The notes beneath the pieces are model-generated. The model saw only the letters and a list, made by a program, of their open reading frames with translations, had not been told where the DNA came from and searched no databases. Shown one piece after another: positions 38,095 to 46,879 of a stretch of DNA of 64,000 nt (position 1 is the stretch's first letter; each line of letters opens with the position of its first letter). The translations under genes and the position numbers were made by a program. Source of the DNA: an uncultured Chloroflexia bacterium (GTDB lineage Bacteria > Chloroflexota > Limnocylindria > Limnocylindrales > CSP1-4). The stretch lies in NCBI GenBank assembly GCA_963752475.1, contig CAVVYR010000008.1:1-64000 (forward strand). Direction: 5' to 3'.

Positions 38095-38193
38095 TCCTCG
38101 CTTTCGGACGGTGGCTCGGGCTCGTGGAGCGACACGACCCGCCGGCGCCCACGTATCCTTCTTGGCCACTGCACCGATCCACGGAGATTTCAA

Positions 38194-39111
38194 ATGCCTA
38201 GCCGACTCCTGCGCACCACCGTCCTCGCCTGTACCTCGCTGCTCGTGGCCGTTCCGGTCGTGGCCCTCGACTCGGAGACCGGGGTCGACGTGACCGACCC
38301 TGGAGAGGAGCCTCGATCCGAGCTTCGCTACGACTGGAGCGCGGGGCTCACGGGCACGACCATCACAAGGACCGACGGCAGCATCACGACGACGCTCAAC
38401 AGCGTCCCGGCGTCTGATGAAGAGGCCTCCCTCGAGATGAGCGTCAGCCGGACCGTGACCGAGGTCGACGAGGAGGGCAATGCGCGCGTCGAGTTCAGCG
38501 TGCAGGCACCAGAGCGCGACGGCCCGAGGGTGGAGATCCCCGCTGCCGAGATGCTTCCCGGTGACGTTGCCGACACGCTCTGGTCCGAGCTGGCCGGGCT
38601 CAGCGAGTACAGCGGCTGGATGCTGCTGGACTCCCGCGGCGTGCTGCTCGACTACGGCGTCGACGGGCTCGGCGAGGCCACGGCTGAGTTCCTGGTGCAG
38701 ACGCGCGGCCTCGCCGGCGAGGTCACGGTCCTGCCCGAAGAGCCGGTCGGCGTCGGCGCCACGTGGGAGACATACACCGAGATCTACGATGCCAGCCTGA
38801 CCTTCGAGTCCGAGGCTGTCACGACCCTCGTCGCGATCGACGGCGCGACGCTCACGCTCGAGGAGGAGACGAGCGTGCTGCAGGAACCCGATCTGTCGGC
38901 GCTGGAGCAGTTGGCCACGACGGCCGGCGCGATCTACGCCAGCCAGCAGGCCGATAGCTCGTGGACCACCGAGCTCGCCCTCGACGGCCTCGGACAGACC
39001 GGCACGGGTGAGGCCGCGCTGACGTTCATCGCTGGCGCCGCGGTCTCGTCCACGGGCGAGGAGGTCGAGACGGACCTGCGGCTGGAGCTCGTCGCTACCG
39101 CCGGCGAGTAG
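38194..39111 (+). CDS. Hypothetical secreted beta-rich protein (DUF6263-like)
   Basis: Signal peptide; PGEEPRSELRY and LPEEPVGVGATW motifs recalled from this family. Confidence 0.55.
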   Translation: MPSRLLRTTVLACTSLLVAVPVVALDSETGVDVTDPGEEPRSELRYDWSAGLTGTTITRTDGSITTTLNSVPASDEEASLEMSVSRTVTEVDEEGNARVEFSVQAPERDGPRVEIPAAEMLPGDVADTLWSELAGLSEYSGWMLLDSRGVLLDYGVDGLGEATAEFLVQTRGLAGEVTVLPEEPVGVGATWETYTEIYDASLTFESEAVTTLVAIDGATLTLEEETSVLQEPDLSALEQLATTAGAIYASQQADSSWTTELALDGLGQTGTGEAALTFIAGAAVSSTGEEVETDLRLELVATAGE

Positions 39112-39115
39112 TCGG

Positions 39116-40324
39116 TCAGCCTGCTGGAGCCTCCGTCGCCTTGGCTTCCTCGGGCACCTCGCTCGCGGACATTGCGGATGCATCACGGACGATGTCCCGC
39201 ATGGCCGGCCACAGCTGCTGTGCGAAGGTCGCCGTGAGATGGCTCTCGTTGCGCCACATCAGGGTGGACTCGCTGACGACCGGACAGGGGTCGTAGGGGC
39301 AGACGTGCTCGGTCAGGCTGGAGAAGATCGCTCCGTTAGCCTCGGCTGTCTCACGCTCTGCTTCATCATGCTCGCGGAACAGCGCCTGCCCTCGACGGGT
39401 CGTGCAGTCGGAGAGCATGACGTCTGTTTGGGCCAGGCACGACACCGGGTTGCGTCGAAGGTTGGGCGTGTCTGCCAGCACGACGGCCTGCGTCTCGTCG
39501 GGCAGCGCCTGTAGCACTCGCTCCAGGCCTGATTGCCACAGCGGCTCCTTGGCTTCGCCGTAGACGCGCTCCCCCGCCTCGTCGGTGAGCGGATAGCGGC
39601 CGGCGTTGGAGACGATGACGACGTCGTGCGGGTTCTCGACCAGCCACTCGAGGGCCGACTCGCGCCAGCGCGCACACGGTGCGGCGTAATCGTCGTAGGC
39701 GGCCCCCGAGAAGGTCACGTCGACCGACGGACAGGCTGAGCGCGTGAGCGTCGTGATCGCCCAGCCCTCACGGCGGCCGGCCTTGTCCAGCGCGGGCAGC
39801 CACTGCAGCGCGTGCGAGTCGCCGAAGAGTGCGACCCGGGTCTCGGACTTCTTCCTGCCGTAGGTGCAGGGCCGGATGACCGCCGAGTCGACCGTCGTGT
39901 GGCAACCGTTCGAGTAGCTCTCCGGCTGGTCGTAGAAGGCGTCCCGAGGCAGCGGATCGAGCGGCCGCGGTACCGGGCGGGTGTCCTGGTCGGCAGCATT
40001 GGGGATGCCGTTCTCGTTGGAGTCCTCGGCTCCATCGCGCACCCCGTCGCCGTCGCTGTCGGGGTCGGTAGGGTCGGTCTTGAAGCGCTGCTCACCGAGG
40101 TTGCTGAGCCGGTCGCCATCCTCGTCTTCGAGCGAGTCCTTGATGCCGTCGCGGTCGCTGTCCCGCTTCTCGGGATCGGTCGCACCCCAGCGCGACTCGA
40201 AGCGATCCCAGAGCCCGTCGCCATCGGTGTCACCCTGGCCCTGCGCGAACGTCCCGGCAGGCAGGAGCAGTAGCGCGCAGGCGAGGAGGACGGAAAGCGT
40301 GCAGCGTGCACAGTGGGAAGCCAT
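39116..40324 (-). CDS. Secreted SGNH-hydrolase-domain protein with N-terminal DxDxDG Ca-binding repeats
   Basis: Signal peptide; five DxDxDG-type repeats; LFGDSHALQW, SACP, C..CP and NESHL. Confidence 0.78.
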   Translation of the reverse strand: MASHCARCTLSVLLACALLLLPAGTFAQGQGDTDGDGLWDRFESRWGATDPEKRDSDRDGIKDSLEDEDGDRLSNLGEQRFKTDPTDPDSDGDGVRDGAEDSNENGIPNAADQDTRPVPRPLDPLPRDAFYDQPESYSNGCHTTVDSAVIRPCTYGRKKSETRVALFGDSHALQWLPALDKAGRREGWAITTLTRSACPSVDVTFSGAAYDDYAAPCARWRESALEWLVENPHDVVIVSNAGRYPLTDEAGERVYGEAKEPLWQSGLERVLQALPDETQAVVLADTPNLRRNPVSCLAQTDVMLSDCTTRRGQALFREHDEAERETAEANGAIFSSLTEHVCPYDPCPVVSESTLMWRNESHLTATFAQQLWPAMRDIVRDASAMSASEVPEEAKATEAPAG

Positions 40325-40386
40325 GGCGCCGCCATGGTAACGAAGCGGAGTGTGGGCGGCGCACGCGTTGGGCAGAATGGGAGGCG

Positions 40387-40992
40387 ATGACCGACCACCC
40401 GCACCACGACCATCAGCACACCCACGAGGACCAGGCCACGTCAACGGACTACCGCACGTGGGTCAAGTCGCAGCGCCTGAGCAAGGACCAGTACCTCAAG
40501 CGTTCGGCCCGCAGCCCCATCCCGCCCGACGAGCGGGCGAGCTTCGGGGGCCTCCACTACTACGCGGTCGACCCCAGCCTGCGCTTCGAGTACCTCGAGC
40601 TTGGCCCGGTACCCGACGGACTCGAAGAGGAGATCCACGTCCAGACGAGCGACGGCGCCGTACGCCACGGCAGTCGGGTCGGGACCTTCGACTTCGCCAT
40701 CGCGGGCGTGGGCTACCAGCTGGTGGCGCTGCGGCTCGTGGGTTCGCCGGAGGACGAGCTGTTCGTGCCCTTCCGCGACGCCACCAACTCCGACGAGACG
40801 TACGAGGCCGGTCGCTACCTCGACCTGGCGGCCCAGGAGGACGGGACCCACGACCTCGACTTCAACCTTGCCTATGCCCCATTCTGCGCCTACTCTCCGG
40901 CCTACTCCTGCCCGCTGCCGCCGATGGAGAATTGGCTCAACGTCAGGATCGAAGCCGGAGAGCGGAACCCGCTGGGAGGCCGAACGGAGTGA
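40387..40992 (+). CDS. DUF1684 family protein
   Basis: LFVPFRDATN..ETY.AGRYLD and DFNLAY.PFCAYS..YSCPLPP.EN.L...IEAGE. Confidence 0.9.
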   Translation: MTDHPHHDHQHTHEDQATSTDYRTWVKSQRLSKDQYLKRSARSPIPPDERASFGGLHYYAVDPSLRFEYLELGPVPDGLEEEIHVQTSDGAVRHGSRVGTFDFAIAGVGYQLVALRLVGSPEDELFVPFRDATNSDETYEAGRYLDLAAQEDGTHDLDFNLAYAPFCAYSPAYSCPLPPMENWLNVRIEAGERNPLGGRTE

Positions 40993-41411
40993 CGCACGAG
41001 TACGTCATCGCGCTCAACGGCCATGTCGAACCTGATCCCGCCGGGGACTCGGAGGAGACAGCGCTGGCGTGGGCGTCTGACGCTGTCCTGGCCGTAGGTC
41101 CGGACGAGGTCGTGCGCGCCATCTCGCGGGGTGACTCCCACTTCATCGATCTCTGCGGCTGCCTCGTCACGCCGCTGCCGGAGGCTCCTTCAGAGGCCAA
41201 TTCGCTCATCCGCGAGGAGCACGCGAGGGGCGCCGACGTGGCGCGCCTGCTCGTCGAGTCGGGGCTCCTCTCATCGGAGGCGTCGTTGGAGCCCGGCGCA
41301 CCAGCCGACCTCGCCTTCTGGGACGAGTCGGGGTTGGTGGCCATCGTCCGCGCCGGTCACTTCCTTGACGGAGACCAGCACCGAGGTCCGTTCCCTCTGG
41401 CCGACCGATAG
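40989..41411 (+). CDS. Hypothetical protein resembling only the beta-sandwich part of an amidohydrolase
   Basis: ALA...VLAVG..V......IDLCG.LVTP joined by about 35 aa to SLEPG.PADLAFWD; GTGA overlap with DUF1684. Confidence 0.55.
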   Translation: MTHEYVIALNGHVEPDPAGDSEETALAWASDAVLAVGPDEVVRAISRGDSHFIDLCGCLVTPLPEAPSEANSLIREEHARGADVARLLVESGLLSSEASLEPGAPADLAFWDESGLVAIVRAGHFLDGDQHRGPFPLADR

Positions 41412-41509
41412 GCGGAGCTCATCCCGGATGGAGCGACGCCAACGCCCTTCAGCAGTGTGCTCGATGCACGAGTGGCTCTCTGGTATCCATCGCCCCGCCC
41501 AGGCCGGGA

Positions 41510-41734
41510 TCAGAAGGGCTGCTCCTCACCGGCATGGTCGAAGGTGACGCCCTGCGCTAGGTAGGTGCTGGCCAGCGCTTCAGCGCGCCGCTGCAGGTCC
41601 TCCTGCGACATCTGTTCGATCTCAGAGTAGACGGCCTCGTATGGACCGCGGACCTTGCCCTCCACGTCCATGGCCTCGTCCCACGCACGGCCGGGCGCGT
41701 AGTCGAGCCAGGGCGTGATCTCGGGTCTGCTCAT
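41510..41734 (-). pseudogene. N-terminal fragment of a circularly permuted type 2 ATP-grasp protein
   Basis: WDEAM...G.VR..Y...L..R......QGVTF....EQPF then TGA; I saw no continuation in the adjacent frame. Confidence 0.65.
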
Positions 41735-41773
41735 CTGCCGAGGGTAGCGTGCGTGGTCGGGGCTCGGCGTGGG

Positions 41774-43222
41774 TCAGTCGAACAGCGGCAGCGACGACGG
41801 CTGAGCGCACATGGCCTCGACCGCATCGAGTTCCACTGGCGCCAGGGCCGAGAGGTTCTCATGGCCGTCTTCGGTGATGAGCAGGTCGTCTTCGATGCGT
41901 ACGCCGAGGCCCAGGAACTCCGCGGGCACCCGATGCTCGAGCGTGCCCGCCGCGGCATCGCGTCGCTCGACCTCGGCCCTGGCCCCGGCGGCGCCCAGCT
42001 CGAACGAGAGCCGCAACCGCTCGTCAGGGTCGTACTCGGCCTGTGAGAGCGTCACGGTGGCCTTGTCGCGGGCGACGTAGACCCCCGGCTCCACCGTGAA
42101 GGCCATGCCTGGCTCCAACGGTCGTCCCTCGGTGCCGAAACGCGAGCGGCCGGCGTCGTGAACATCGACGCCCAACCAATGCCCCGTCCCGTGGAAGAAG
42201 AACTGGCGGTACCAGCCCTTGGCGATGACCTCGTCGGCCGAGCCGGGCAGCAGGCCCAGCTCCACCAGCCCCTCAGACAGGACCCGCACCGCTCGCTGAT
42301 GCATGGCCGTCCAGGCCAGGCCCGGGCGACACTCGGCGATGACCGCCTGCTCGGCCTGCAGGACCAGCTCGTAGAGGGCCCGCTGAGGTGCGCTGAAGCG
42401 GCCGCTCACGGGGAACGTGCGTGTGATGTCGGCCGTCAGGTGGCGGTACTCGGCACCGGCATCGATGAGCAGCAGTTCGCCGTCGGCCAGAGGCTGGTCA
42501 TTCTCGACGTAGTGCAGGATGCAGGCGTTGTCGCCGCCGGCCACGATCGAGCCGTAGCCCACGCGCTCGGCATCCATCACGCCGAAGACGTACTCGAGCA
42601 CGGCCTGCACCTGGCGTTCGGTCCGGTCAGGACCGGCGAAGCGCATGGCCTCATCGTGGGCCATGGCGCTGATGCGGCAGGCCTCGCGCAGGGCCTCGAT
42701 CTCCGGAACCGACTTGATGACCCGTAGCTCCGCGACGAGCGCGCCCACGTCGACGACCTCGACCGGCGTTTCGACCCCCGAGCGCGAGGCGTAGGCCTTG
42801 ACCGAGCCGATCGCCCGCAGCACCGACGGATCGAGTCGCCCACCGAGGGTATAGCCGAGCGAGCGACGACCTGCCAGCCGGCGGCGCAGACAGCCGTCGA
42901 GATCATCGAGGTCGAACGCAGCATCGGCCCCGAAGCGCGTGATCGCGCCTTCGACCCCGGCTCGAAGCCCGTTCCAGGCCTCCTTCTCCGGGTCGCGCGG
43001 ACGCACGAACAGCGTGAACGGTTCGTCCGAGGTGGCGTCCAACACGGCCACCGCATCGGGCTCGGCGAAGCCGGTGAGGAAGTGGAAGTCGGAGTCCTGC
43101 CGGAAGGGATGGGCGACGTCATCGTTGCGCGTCTGCTCACGTCCTGCCGGGATGATGGCGAGGGTCTCGCCCAGCCGACCGAGCAGCGCTGCCCGTCGTT
43201 CGGCGAATCGGTCGGTACTCAT
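41774..43222 (-). CDS. pepP: Xaa-Pro aminopeptidase (aminopeptidase P)
   Basis: FRQDSDF.FLTGF.EP, LHY, IDAG, ADITRT, HGTGHWLGVDVHD, EPG.Y and GVRIEDD motifs. Confidence 0.93.
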   Translation of the reverse strand: MSTDRFAERRAALLGRLGETLAIIPAGREQTRNDDVAHPFRQDSDFHFLTGFAEPDAVAVLDATSDEPFTLFVRPRDPEKEAWNGLRAGVEGAITRFGADAAFDLDDLDGCLRRRLAGRRSLGYTLGGRLDPSVLRAIGSVKAYASRSGVETPVEVVDVGALVAELRVIKSVPEIEALREACRISAMAHDEAMRFAGPDRTERQVQAVLEYVFGVMDAERVGYGSIVAGGDNACILHYVENDQPLADGELLLIDAGAEYRHLTADITRTFPVSGRFSAPQRALYELVLQAEQAVIAECRPGLAWTAMHQRAVRVLSEGLVELGLLPGSADEVIAKGWYRQFFFHGTGHWLGVDVHDAGRSRFGTEGRPLEPGMAFTVEPGVYVARDKATVTLSQAEYDPDERLRLSFELGAAGARAEVERRDAAAGTLEHRVPAEFLGLGVRIEDDLLITEDGHENLSALAPVELDAVEAMCAQPSSLPLFD

Positions 43223-43278
43223 GCCCCTGAGCGTAGCCCGCACGTCCGCTCATCGTCTGATCGGGCGTCATCACGTCG

Positions 43279-43490
43279 CGTTCCCGCTTGGCGGCTAGGT
43301 TCGACGTGGAGAGGCCTCGCTACCGCATCCGTTCCCGCTGGGCGGGAGGTTCGACGTGGCTCGCCGGCGGGCGGGCCAGCCACCCGCCTGTCGGGACTCC
43401 AAGCCGCTCGACGGGGTCGCGGGCACATCGAAGTGCCGGACTGGCCCGTCAAGCGGGAGCGAGCGGCGCGACACCAGTGTCCACGGTTGC
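43279..43490. repeat. Intergenic repeat cluster (two direct copies plus a partial inverted copy)
   Basis: CGTTCCCGCT(T/G)GGCGG..AGGTTCGACGTGG at 43279-43309 and 43330-43359; inverted partial copy at 43445-43461. Confidence 0.65.
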
Positions 43491-43526
43491 CAGGTCCGGC
43501 TTCATCCTGCCGTCCCTCGAGTGCGC

Positions 43527-43778
43527 CTACCCGGTACGCTCGATGTCGCCCTCGACCTGTCGCGCCTTGCCCTTGAGCTCGGTCTCGGTATCGCCGGTGA
43601 CGTCGCCGACCTTCTCCTCGACGGTCCCTGCAGCCTGGTCGAGCGTGCCTTCGGCCTCGCGCTTGAGGCGCGCTTCCTCGGTCTGCGCCGCTCCGTCGCG
43701 CTCCATCTCCTCATTGCCCGTGAGCGAGCCCACGCCCTTCTTGATCTGGCCCTGTAGCTCGTCGATGCGGTTGCCCAT
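43527..43778 (-). CDS. csbD: CsbD family general stress protein (two repeats)
   Basis: G.IKKGVG.LTGNE..E.DG and G.VEEKVGDVTGD...E.KG; AAGGAG RBS. Confidence 0.85.
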   Translation of the reverse strand: MGNRIDELQGQIKKGVGSLTGNEEMERDGAAQTEEARLKREAEGTLDQAAGTVEEKVGDVTGDTETELKGKARQVEGDIERTG

Positions 43779-43955
43779 CTTGCGTCTCCTTTGCTATCGA
43801 TACATGGTCGGGGTACGCCGCCGACCACCAAGCAAGGGATGAGATCCCAGCGTCCGGCGGCGTACCATCCATAGACTGACGAGCGGACGATCACAGCCGC
43901 GACTGCACCGGGCCGCTTGGGCATCACAAGAGCATTGCGACCGCCGCGTCGCGTG

Positions 43956-45179
43956 CTAGCGATCCTCCTCGAGCGCCTCCGGGAGCCGAAGCGTGAAGAC
44001 ACACCCGGGGTCCGCATTGGCCGCATCGAGGCTGCCACCGACGTGCTCGGTGAGGCGCTGCGCGATGTATAGCCCCAAGCCCAGCCCGGAACGGCCATCC
44101 GAGCCGTGGTCACCGCGGTAGCTGCGCTGGAAGATGCGCCGCAGGTCGGCTTCGGGCAGCCCGCCGCAGGCGTCCGCGACCGCGACCTCGGCCCCGTCCG
44201 CATCGCCGGTGATGGTGACCCGTACGGGCGTGTCGCTGGCGGTGTACTTCACAGCGTTGTCGATGAGCGCCGTGACGACACGCGCGACGACGTTCTCGTC
44301 GGTGATGACCTCGGTCGGCTGATCACCAGGCTCGATCCGGATCCGACCACCCGGGTAGTGCTCCGCGACGATCGGGACAACGCTCTCGACCACGTCCACC
44401 AGGTCGATCGAGCGGGCGTCGAGCTGCGGTCGATGTCGGTCGACGTCGCCCAGCGAGAGGAACAGATCCACCGCGTGTCGGAGTCGCAGCGACTCGCTAT
44501 GTAGCGTCTCCAGCTCCTCGCGACGGTCCGCGCTGATGGCACCGCGCGCGTCGAGCTCACGGAGCAGACGTGTGGCGTGGCCGATGATGAGCGTCAGCGG
44601 CGTGCGCAGCTCGTGTGCTGCGATGGAGGCGAAGTGATCGCTGGCCTGCTCACGGTCGTGGCGCGCCACAGCCCCGGCGAGGACGTCGGCGAAGGCCTGG
44701 ACGACTTCCACATCGTCCTCGCTGAAGGCGCGCGTCGAACGGCTGTCGGCCTGGAGCACGCCGAAGGCGTCGGGCTCGCCCGCGACGATGACACTGAGGC
44801 CACTACGGACGCCGTGCTCCAGCAACAAGGGTGCTGTCGCGAAGCGTGTCTCGGTGGCCACGTCGTCGACCAGTACCGGCCGGCCTGACCGCAGGGTGAA
44901 GCCACCCTGCGAGTCCGCTCCGTCGGGAACCTCGCGCTGGCCCACGACCTCGGTCGGCCAACCCGCGCTACCTCGTACCAGCAAGCTTCCGGCACCGGCA
45001 CGAGCATCGAGGACCTTGGTGAAGTCACATTCGAGCGCGTCACGGAGATAGGAGGCGGCAAGCCGAGTCACGCGGTCCAGGCTCTGCTCATGGGCCGCGA
45101 CGAGGCTGAGCTGGACGAGCAACGCCAACCGGTGCTCTCGCGCCGTGGTCGTATGTGCAAGGAGGTCCGGGAAGCCCAT
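43956..45179 (-). CDS. Cytoplasmic GAF-domain sensor histidine kinase
   Basis: GAF region, AHELRTPL (H-box), LIDNAVKY and GLGLGLYI. Confidence 0.9.
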   Translation of the reverse strand: MGFPDLLAHTTTAREHRLALLVQLSLVAAHEQSLDRVTRLAASYLRDALECDFTKVLDARAGAGSLLVRGSAGWPTEVVGQREVPDGADSQGGFTLRSGRPVLVDDVATETRFATAPLLLEHGVRSGLSVIVAGEPDAFGVLQADSRSTRAFSEDDVEVVQAFADVLAGAVARHDREQASDHFASIAAHELRTPLTLIIGHATRLLRELDARGAISADRREELETLHSESLRLRHAVDLFLSLGDVDRHRPQLDARSIDLVDVVESVVPIVAEHYPGGRIRIEPGDQPTEVITDENVVARVVTALIDNAVKYTASDTPVRVTITGDADGAEVAVADACGGLPEADLRRIFQRSYRGDHGSDGRSGLGLGLYIAQRLTEHVGGSLDAANADPGCVFTLRLPEALEEDR

Positions 45180-45300
45180 GCCGCCGGTGCGGATCCTGTC
45201 GCGTGCCACGATCCCGATGATACGTGGCCTCCGCTGAGCAGCCGACTCGTGCAGGGTCGAGCGGTTGGTTCTAGGCTGCATGGGATGACTCGGCGAACGG

Positions 45301-46068
45301 ATGTCCACTGAACCGCTGGTGCTCGTCGCGGACGACGAGACTCGCATCACCAAGCTCGTGGAGCTGGCGCTCGCTGACGAGGGCTTCCGTGTGGTCACCG
45401 CGGAAGGCGGGCGTGAGGCCCTGGAGAAGGCCGAGGAATACCGACCGGATGTCGTCCTGCTCGACATCATGATGCCGGACCTCGATGGCATCGAGGTCAT
45501 GCGCGAACTCCGTGGACGACGCCCCGTTCCGGTCATCCTGCTGAGCGCGAAGGACTCCACCTCGGACAAGGCGATCGGCCTCGACCTGGGAGCGGACGAC
45601 TACCTGGCCAAGCCGTTCCACCCTGATGAGTTGGCCGCACGGATCCGGGCCGTGCTCCGCCGCACCGATGGCTCCACGTCGGGTGCCGAAGCCACGTCGG
45701 TCCTGGCCTTCGACGATGTGGAGATCGACCTCGAGCGAAGGATGGTCACGCGCGATGGCGAGCTCGTTCGCTTGAGCCGGACCGAATGGCTGCTGCTGCA
45801 GCATCTGGCGGCCAACGCGGGCAAGGTCGTGATCCATTCCGAACTCCTGACCAAGGTGTGGGGACCGGAGTATCGAGATGACCTGCAGTACCTGCGCGTG
45901 TGGATCAGCCGCGTTCGGCGGAAGCTCGGCGCCGAACCCGGCGAGCCGGGCCGCATCAAGACGCTGCCGGGAATCGGGTATCTCCTCGACGTAGAGCCAG
46001 GTGACGACGGGTCGGCCAGGCCAGAAGGAGCGGAGGAGCTCGATGGCTCCTCCACCCTCATCGGCTGA
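45301..46068 (+). CDS. OmpR/KdpE-like response regulator
   Basis: VADDE, LLDIMMP, GADDYLAKPF, LL.KVWG.EY and YLRVWISR.R.KL motifs. Confidence 0.92.
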   Translation: MSTEPLVLVADDETRITKLVELALADEGFRVVTAEGGREALEKAEEYRPDVVLLDIMMPDLDGIEVMRELRGRRPVPVILLSAKDSTSDKAIGLDLGADDYLAKPFHPDELAARIRAVLRRTDGSTSGAEATSVLAFDDVEIDLERRMVTRDGELVRLSRTEWLLLQHLAANAGKVVIHSELLTKVWGPEYRDDLQYLRVWISRVRRKLGAEPGEPGRIKTLPGIGYLLDVEPGDDGSARPEGAEELDGSSTLIG

Positions 46069-46088
46069 AGCGGACTCCTGCGAGCGCC

Positions 46089-46250
46089 TCAGGCGTCCTG
46101 TTTCAGCAATCGTCGCACCGTCCGCCGGAGCCGCTCGTAGAACCCTGCCCTGGGCTCGTCATGGCCGTGCATCAACGTGACCGTGGAGCGAGGCCGGACG
46201 CGGTAGGGCGGCGGGATCGAGCGGAGGAACCGGGGCGTGAGTTGGTACAT
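46089..46250 (-). CDS. Possible 53-aa basic peptide translationally coupled to dps
   Basis: Its ATG overlaps the dps stop (TGATG); reads MYQLTPRFLRSIPPPYRV...RRLLKQDA; below the ORF-track cutoff. Confidence 0.35.
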   Translation of the reverse strand: MYQLTPRFLRSIPPPYRVRPRSTVTLMHGHDEPRAGFYERLRRTVRRLLKQDA

Positions 46251-46729
46251 CAGCTGTGCTCAGTCGTCGAGCGCAGCATCCACAGCACCTTCTGGTGCGC
46301 CTCGATGCGCTCGGTCGCGAGATCGGCCGTAGCTACGTCGCCTTGCTCCTCGGATACCACGACGACAGCCCGTGCGGCCCGGCTCGTCATCTCGTGGGCC
46401 TCGATGAGTTCAAGCACCATGTCCATGGCAGGGGGTACGCCGCTGTCAGCGCGGATGGCCGTGAGCGAATCCATGGGCGTACCGAAGGGCGGCGTGTCTG
46501 CGCCCAACTGGCGGATGCGCTCGGCGATGACGTCCATCGCCTCATGCAGTTCGATGTACTGCTCCTCGAACATCTTGTGCAAGCTGTAGAAGTGCGGACC
46601 ACGCACGTTCCAGTGGTAATGCAGCGTCTTGTTGTACGTCGCGTTGCTGTCGGCCAGCAGGCGGGACAGCTCGGTAGCGATGCTGCCTTCGCGTGCGGTG
46701 TCCGTCATGGGACGGGTCTCGATGACCAT
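46250..46729 (-). CDS. dps: DNA starvation/stationary phase protection protein (Dps)
   Basis: HWNVRGPHFYSLHKMFEEQY, D.IAERIRQLG and HQK..WML motifs. Confidence 0.93.
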   Translation of the reverse strand: MVIETRPMTDTAREGSIATELSRLLADSNATYNKTLHYHWNVRGPHFYSLHKMFEEQYIELHEAMDVIAERIRQLGADTPPFGTPMDSLTAIRADSGVPPAMDMVLELIEAHEMTSRAARAVVVVSEEQGDVATADLATERIEAHQKVLWMLRSTTEHS

Positions 46730-46879
46730 GGTGGCTCCTTTCGAAGTGGGATCATTCGGCTTCGGGGCCCGAGTGACCCGGGGGCCTCATCGGACGCTGC
46801 CAGCGTGGCCAGACCGTCGGTACGGACGCACAACAAGCCCAGCCTTGCTGGCTTGCGAATCCGTTGCAGCGTCTCGCTC

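Noticed and set aside
17279-39186. Long antisense or alternate-frame ORFs (e.g. 17279-18712, 19523-20737, 29139-30680, 37633-39186)
   Set aside because: They shadow well-supported genes on the other strand or frame and carry no family motifs.
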